NCBI GenBank assembly: GCA_002189035.1
Contig: CM007990.1
Coordinates: 5,952,001-6,016,000, forward strand
DNA: 64,000 bases
Source of the DNA: Utricularia gibba
Lineage: Eukaryota; Plantae; Magnoliophyta
Direction of reading: 5' to 3'
In this document: positions 59,243 through 64,000 of the stretch, one piece after another
Layout of the letters: each line of letters begins with the position of its first letter
Numbering within the stretch: position 1 is the first letter of the stretch
Translations under genes and position numbers: made by a program
Notes under the pieces: generated by a model
The model's input: the letters and a program-made list of their open reading frames with translations, nothing else
Told to the model about the DNA's origin: nothing
Database searches by the model: none

Positions 59243-62172
59243 TCACTCCATGACTTTATCCACACTGCTTTCAGACGTCTCAACGCCCTTGTATGATCTT
59301 GCTCCACTGTCTTCAGAGTTGTGTGCACTCTGTTTGCTGGTTTGACTCGAAAAATCTGTACTGAAGTTGGGGCTACCAAATGCCATCCTCCTGAACAGTC
59401 TAATTTCTGCTGATTGTTGTGCAGAGTTGAACACTTCGCTTTCTCCAACTCTCATTCCGTTCGTTAAGTCTGAGGTAGCCATACTGTCAAGAGCCCTCAT
59501 AACCTGTGAAAAGTGCAAGGAGAACAGAAACATATTGGAGAACTCCATCAGCATTGAAGCTAGAGAAGTGGGCAGAATCCCTGACCTGTCCCATTGTGGG
59601 CCGTTTGGCTGAGGAGCGACGCACACAAGCTGCTGCAGCTTCAATAAGGCGGAACATTTCACCGTCGACGTAGTTTCCTTTGAGTTTGGGGTCAGGTAGC
59701 TCTCCGAAGTCCTCCATCTCCAGTGCATGGTTTAACAAAGGCCGAGCCTTTGGAAGAGAAGATGATGGTCGAGATTATAGGCGTTCATGGATATGAAAAA
59801 GCAGCACAAACAATGAAATTCTACTTCGTATTGAATGACTATGGATCTGTAAAAGACTCAAACCATCTAGGGACATGAGATTCATTAAGAACTCTTGCTA
59901 GGCATGAGAGCAATCTTCACCATGACAATAGTATCTGCAAGTTCATGAATCTGACTTGGTGCAGAAAAGCGAACATACCCATTCAACGAGGCTCTCGTCC
60001 CCAAGTGGTTGAGAGGTATCCACAGGCTTCCTTCCGGAAATTAACTCCAGAAGCACGACCCCAAAGGAGAAAACATCAGACTTTTCTGTCAACTTCCCAC
60101 TAGTTGCATATTCCGGAGCCATGTACCTGACAAGGAACACATCATTATCTTCAACTGAATGGAAACTCGTTTCTTCCAATTGTAGCAGGCTCTTGGTGCC
60201 AACATACCCAAAGGTTCCCATCACTCTAGTGGTTATGTGTGTATTTGCATCCATAGCTAGTTTCGCAAGTCCAAAGTCGGAAACCTGAAAAATGAATTTG
60301 AAGGACAGCTCTTACAAAGGAAAAAAAAAGGACCAAACTTGTAGGAAGAAAAGAGTACCCGAGCTTCAAAATTCTCATCTAAAAGGATGTTTGACGACTT
60401 GATGTCTCTATGGATGATACGGGGGTGGCCTGAAATATCATAGCAAAAATAGGCTCACTAATCCGTTTGCATGAAAAATGACAGGAAAGAGATACTAGCA
60501 AAGAAAAAAAAAAAAAGTAAATTTTAGCCAGTGAGAAAATACAGTCTTCGTGAAGGTATGCAATCCCACGAGCAGCACCAACAGCAATTTTTACTCGCGT
60601 AGACCAATCCATAACAGGTCTATTTTCACCTGAAATAGTAACAAGAATCAGTATCATCTCAAGAAAACCAAGATTCCTGTATGTAAGGAAATGAGGTACC
60701 ATGGAGATGGAAGTGCAAGGTGTCATTCGGAAGATAATCAAATACTAGCAGTCTATGTTCCTCAGAAATGCAGTAGCCAACCAAAGAAACCAGATGACGA
60801 TGATGCACACGGCTGATTATCTCAACCTCAGATCTAAATTCACGGTCCCCCTGCCCCTTACCCTCTTTCAGTTTCTTAACTGCTACCTCTCTGTTATCTG
60901 CCAATATTCCTTTATACACAGATCCAAAGCCCCCTTCTCCCAAGAGATTATGTGATGAAAATCCATCAGTGGCGTCCATAAGGTCTTGATAGGTGAACCA
61001 CAACCTGGAATTTCGAAAGCCACCCGGATCATGAGGTGAATGGGTAGCAATATTACCAGAACCACTTCCATCATTCAAATTCGATACTTGGACTGCAAGC
61101 ATGCGAGAACCTGGTATGGTACAACATAAAAAGTTATTGAAAAATACCTCGGTTAACTGATAGGGTTTTAAATGAAGAGAACAACCATAAAGGGAGGAGA
61201 CCAAAACTAATTCTAACCAAGCCGATTATGTAAACCATGTTACTTTTCCTTATGTAAGCATTGTGGGATATATCCATTTGAATTGTATCATCTCAATATG
61301 CATACACTAGCTACATTTCATGCTAAGATTTTTGAAGAATACTAGATTTGAAGGTGATAAAGCATTCACCTGACCGAGGAGAAGGGTTGACCGTCGTTGG
61401 CATAATGTGACCTCCGTTTGTTCCGGAGACCCTTCTCTTTCTCTTCCAAATGCACCATCCCACAATACCAAGTATGCCAATAACAAAGACGCTAACGGCA
61501 GCAGCAATTGCAACTGTGCCTGCAGTACCGATTCCTCCACCACTAGATGGAGCCACGGGTGGTGACGGAGGAGGTGGTGATGAAACAATGGAGGGGGGTG
61601 GTGGTGAAAGACTTATCGGAGGAGAAGGAGATGGAACTGTAGGTGGAACAGGATTTGGAGGTGGAACAGGATTTGGAGGTGGCAAAGTTGGAGGAGATGA
61701 TGAAGGAATTGGTGGACTAGGCGATCCTGGAGGTGGGGTGTCAGCAGGAGGAATCGGTGGTGGTGGAGGAGGAGGATTATTTGGAGCATTTGGTGGTATT
61801 CCACTTGGTGGTGGAGGAGATGGCTGTTGTGTCGGAGGAGGACTTTCGGGAGTGTTAGGCGATGCAGGTGGTGAACTACTTGGAGGAGGTGGACTAGGAG
61901 TTGATGGGGCTGGAGGGGGTGCTGGTTGATGGGGCTGGAGGAGGGTACTGGTTGATGGGCTGGAGGAGGGTTGCTGGTTGATGGGCTGGAGGAGGACTGG
62001 TTGATGCTGGGGGTGGTGAAGTGGGGCTATCGGGTGATTGTGATGGTGGCGGTACATTGGCTACAGGAGCAGGTGGAGGTACATTTGCTACCGGAGCGGG
62101 CGGAGGTGAACTTAAGGGAGGTGGTGCACTGGATGGAGGAGGCGAAGATGATGGTAATGGCGAAGTAGCCAT
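59243..62172 (-). CDS. PERK: Proline-rich extensin-like receptor kinase, PERK9/10-like; net frameshift in the Pro-rich repeat
   Basis: Pro-rich ectodomain, [45 protein letters not shown] and [33 protein letters not shown]. Confidence 0.92.
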
Positions 62173-63037
62173 CAATGAACATTGACGGTCACTAATTGAG
62201 AGGTTCACTAAGTTGATCGGCAGGAAATAAATGATACCCAGTTGCAGAGCAACATCTGGTAATGGAGAATTTGAAGGATTTACCGCATAATCTACAACAA
62301 AATGAATGGAAACCTGGATGAGGATAATAACAAAGAAGCAGAAAACCAATTCTCAAAACTACAGAATTTCATTCAAGAAAAACCTCAGAATTGAACTTGG
62401 CACAAGAACTCATCACCATCTTCTTCATACACCCCAAGTGAGCATCCAGAAAGTCAACATGTTTCATTGAGACGATAATCAACTAATCCCCAAACAAAGA
62501 AACGCAGCAATCATTTCACCTGTGAAGGCGAAGCCAGCCTCTGCTCGTTCCGTTTCAAAGAAGAAACCTCTTAATCGCCCGTTTCAAACCTAACACCAAT
62601 CTCCCAGTCAAGAAGAAAACAAGCTAGAGAGGGACAATCCAATAAATGTTTTACAAATGGTCAAATTTCAACTAATAGCTTTGATGATCAGCTATCCTGG
62701 GGTGAGTGTTTCACACTTTCGAGCATTCACACTCAATAAAAAAAAGTAGACTCTTTAGCCTGGAGATGGATAATGATAATCCCCAAAAGTGATCGAATCA
62801 GAGAGCATAGATGCGCAGAGCTGACCATTCACATCCAATTCCAAATTCGGCGACAAAAATTTTGATCCGCCATTCGTGAACGGAATCCGAGTACAGGAAG
62901 ATGCCTTCAACTGGCCCCAGAAATTTTATGTAATTAAATAAACAAATTTGAGTGCAGAATTGTTTTTATTTTCTCCGTAGGGACAGAAATATTTGAGCTT
63001 TGTAAAAGATATCGCACTTTCAGGAAGGGAGAAGATA

Positions 63038-64000
63038 ATGAACGTCTTCAGAGTTGGGTTACACCTCCGCCCCAATTTCCACCACCACCGCCACCGTTTA
63101 CGGCGACACCAGCCCAACTTCGTTGACCATGTTTTCTCTCTGAATCTCCGCTTTTATGAACAAAGACAGCTTTCGTCATCGTCATTCTCCGGCATACCCT
63201 TTTTATCTTTTACCAACAAGCGCGAGATTGCAAATGTAAATGCAGCCGCCTCGTTTTTTTCGATGGACAACGATGAAGATGATGAAAGCGGAGATTTTGA
63301 AGAGTACTTGGCGGAAGACAGTGAGGTTTATCAAAAGACTTTAGGATTAGTGGAGCGTTCTATGTTCGCAGCTGTTTCTGGGTTAGCCTTTCTTCTTAGT
63401 AACTCTCTTGCCATCGAGGTAATCCAATACTTGATTTCTATTATCTGTATGAGCTTGATCAGCCTCAAGAATGAATTTCGGAAACTCTCAGCTGCGTTGG
63501 GGATTTGGTGTTTAGATTGTTTATCCGTAACCGCATTTTGTTTTTCGCAGAAATACTTTGCCTGTTTCTTCGCATTGCCAATTGTACTGTCCACGGCGAA
63601 ATGGGGCATCGCTTCTGGCCGGAAAACCATGGTATGCCCTTGTAGGATATTTCTCTGTTTCGTTGGGCTAATAGATAATTCATGTGTTTTCTTTCAAAAT
63701 TACTTCAGGTGGGAACAACTGTATTGCTGTTTATCTTATCTGGACCCGTGAAAGCTCTCACTTTTTTAGTGAGTTTTCCTGTTTTACGTGCTTCTTCTTA
63801 TTGAACAAGAATGATGATAAGTTATACTTCTTTCTCCCATCGGGAACAGACGCTATGTATTGGAGTTAATTTTGGTGCATACTCTTTGGGACTGTTTTGT
63901 ATTCCCCTTTTGAGAGCCAGTGAGAAGCAAGAAATTTCTTATATGACTCCTCCAGTTTTCTATGTATAATCACTGAATTTTAACTTGTTTCATTTTCCAG
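63038..64000 (+). CDS. Membrane protein, DUF2232-type (At1g26180-like), 5' part; probably organelle-targeted
   Basis: Transit-like N-terminus; YQKTLGLVERSMFAAVSGLAFLLSNSLAIE|KYFACFFALPIVLS..KWGIASGRKTM|V..GPVKA. Ends in an intron at the window edge. Confidence 0.8.

Noticed and set aside
61450-61929. 159-aa Gly-rich plus-strand ORF
   Set aside because: It is the antisense mirror of the PERK proline-rich exon.

Overview
Very gene-dense eudicot nuclear DNA: about 25 spliced or intronless protein genes in 64 kb, with short introns and intergenic gaps mostly near 1 kb. That is consistent with a miniaturised plant genome such as Lentibulariaceae (inference only). Genes in order: LARP6 (partial), a 77-aa small protein, LPAT5, RABG3 (Rab7), an RLCK-V receptor-like kinase, SYP112, BRUTUS, a GIS3/ZFP-type C2H2 gene, a BEE/CESTA-type bHLH, a USP, a conserved unknown protein, a COL16-class B-box/CCT gene, RAD23, a BAH+Agenet protein, a plastid membrane protein, PSRP3, a GATL, ILP1, a TMEM185/Fragile-X-F RING E3, a PII-2-like LRR receptor-like protein, two head-to-head kinase-less DUF26 genes, a PERK9/10-like kinase and a DUF2232-type membrane protein (partial). 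One internally deleted Ty1/copia element (51837-55639) has both LTRs, a PBS and a TSD. The most novel-looking part is 55.6-58.9 kb: a divergent pair of kinase-less DUF26-TM genes whose shared promoter carries two copies of a tandem palindromic motif. Other highlights are a U12 intron in RABG3, a direct-repeat-flanked intron in the COL16 gene, and several frameshifts at G/C homopolymers that probably reflect assembly errors. No rRNA, tRNA, CRISPR or recognisable conserved miRNA was found by eye. All homology calls are from memory; no database search was run.
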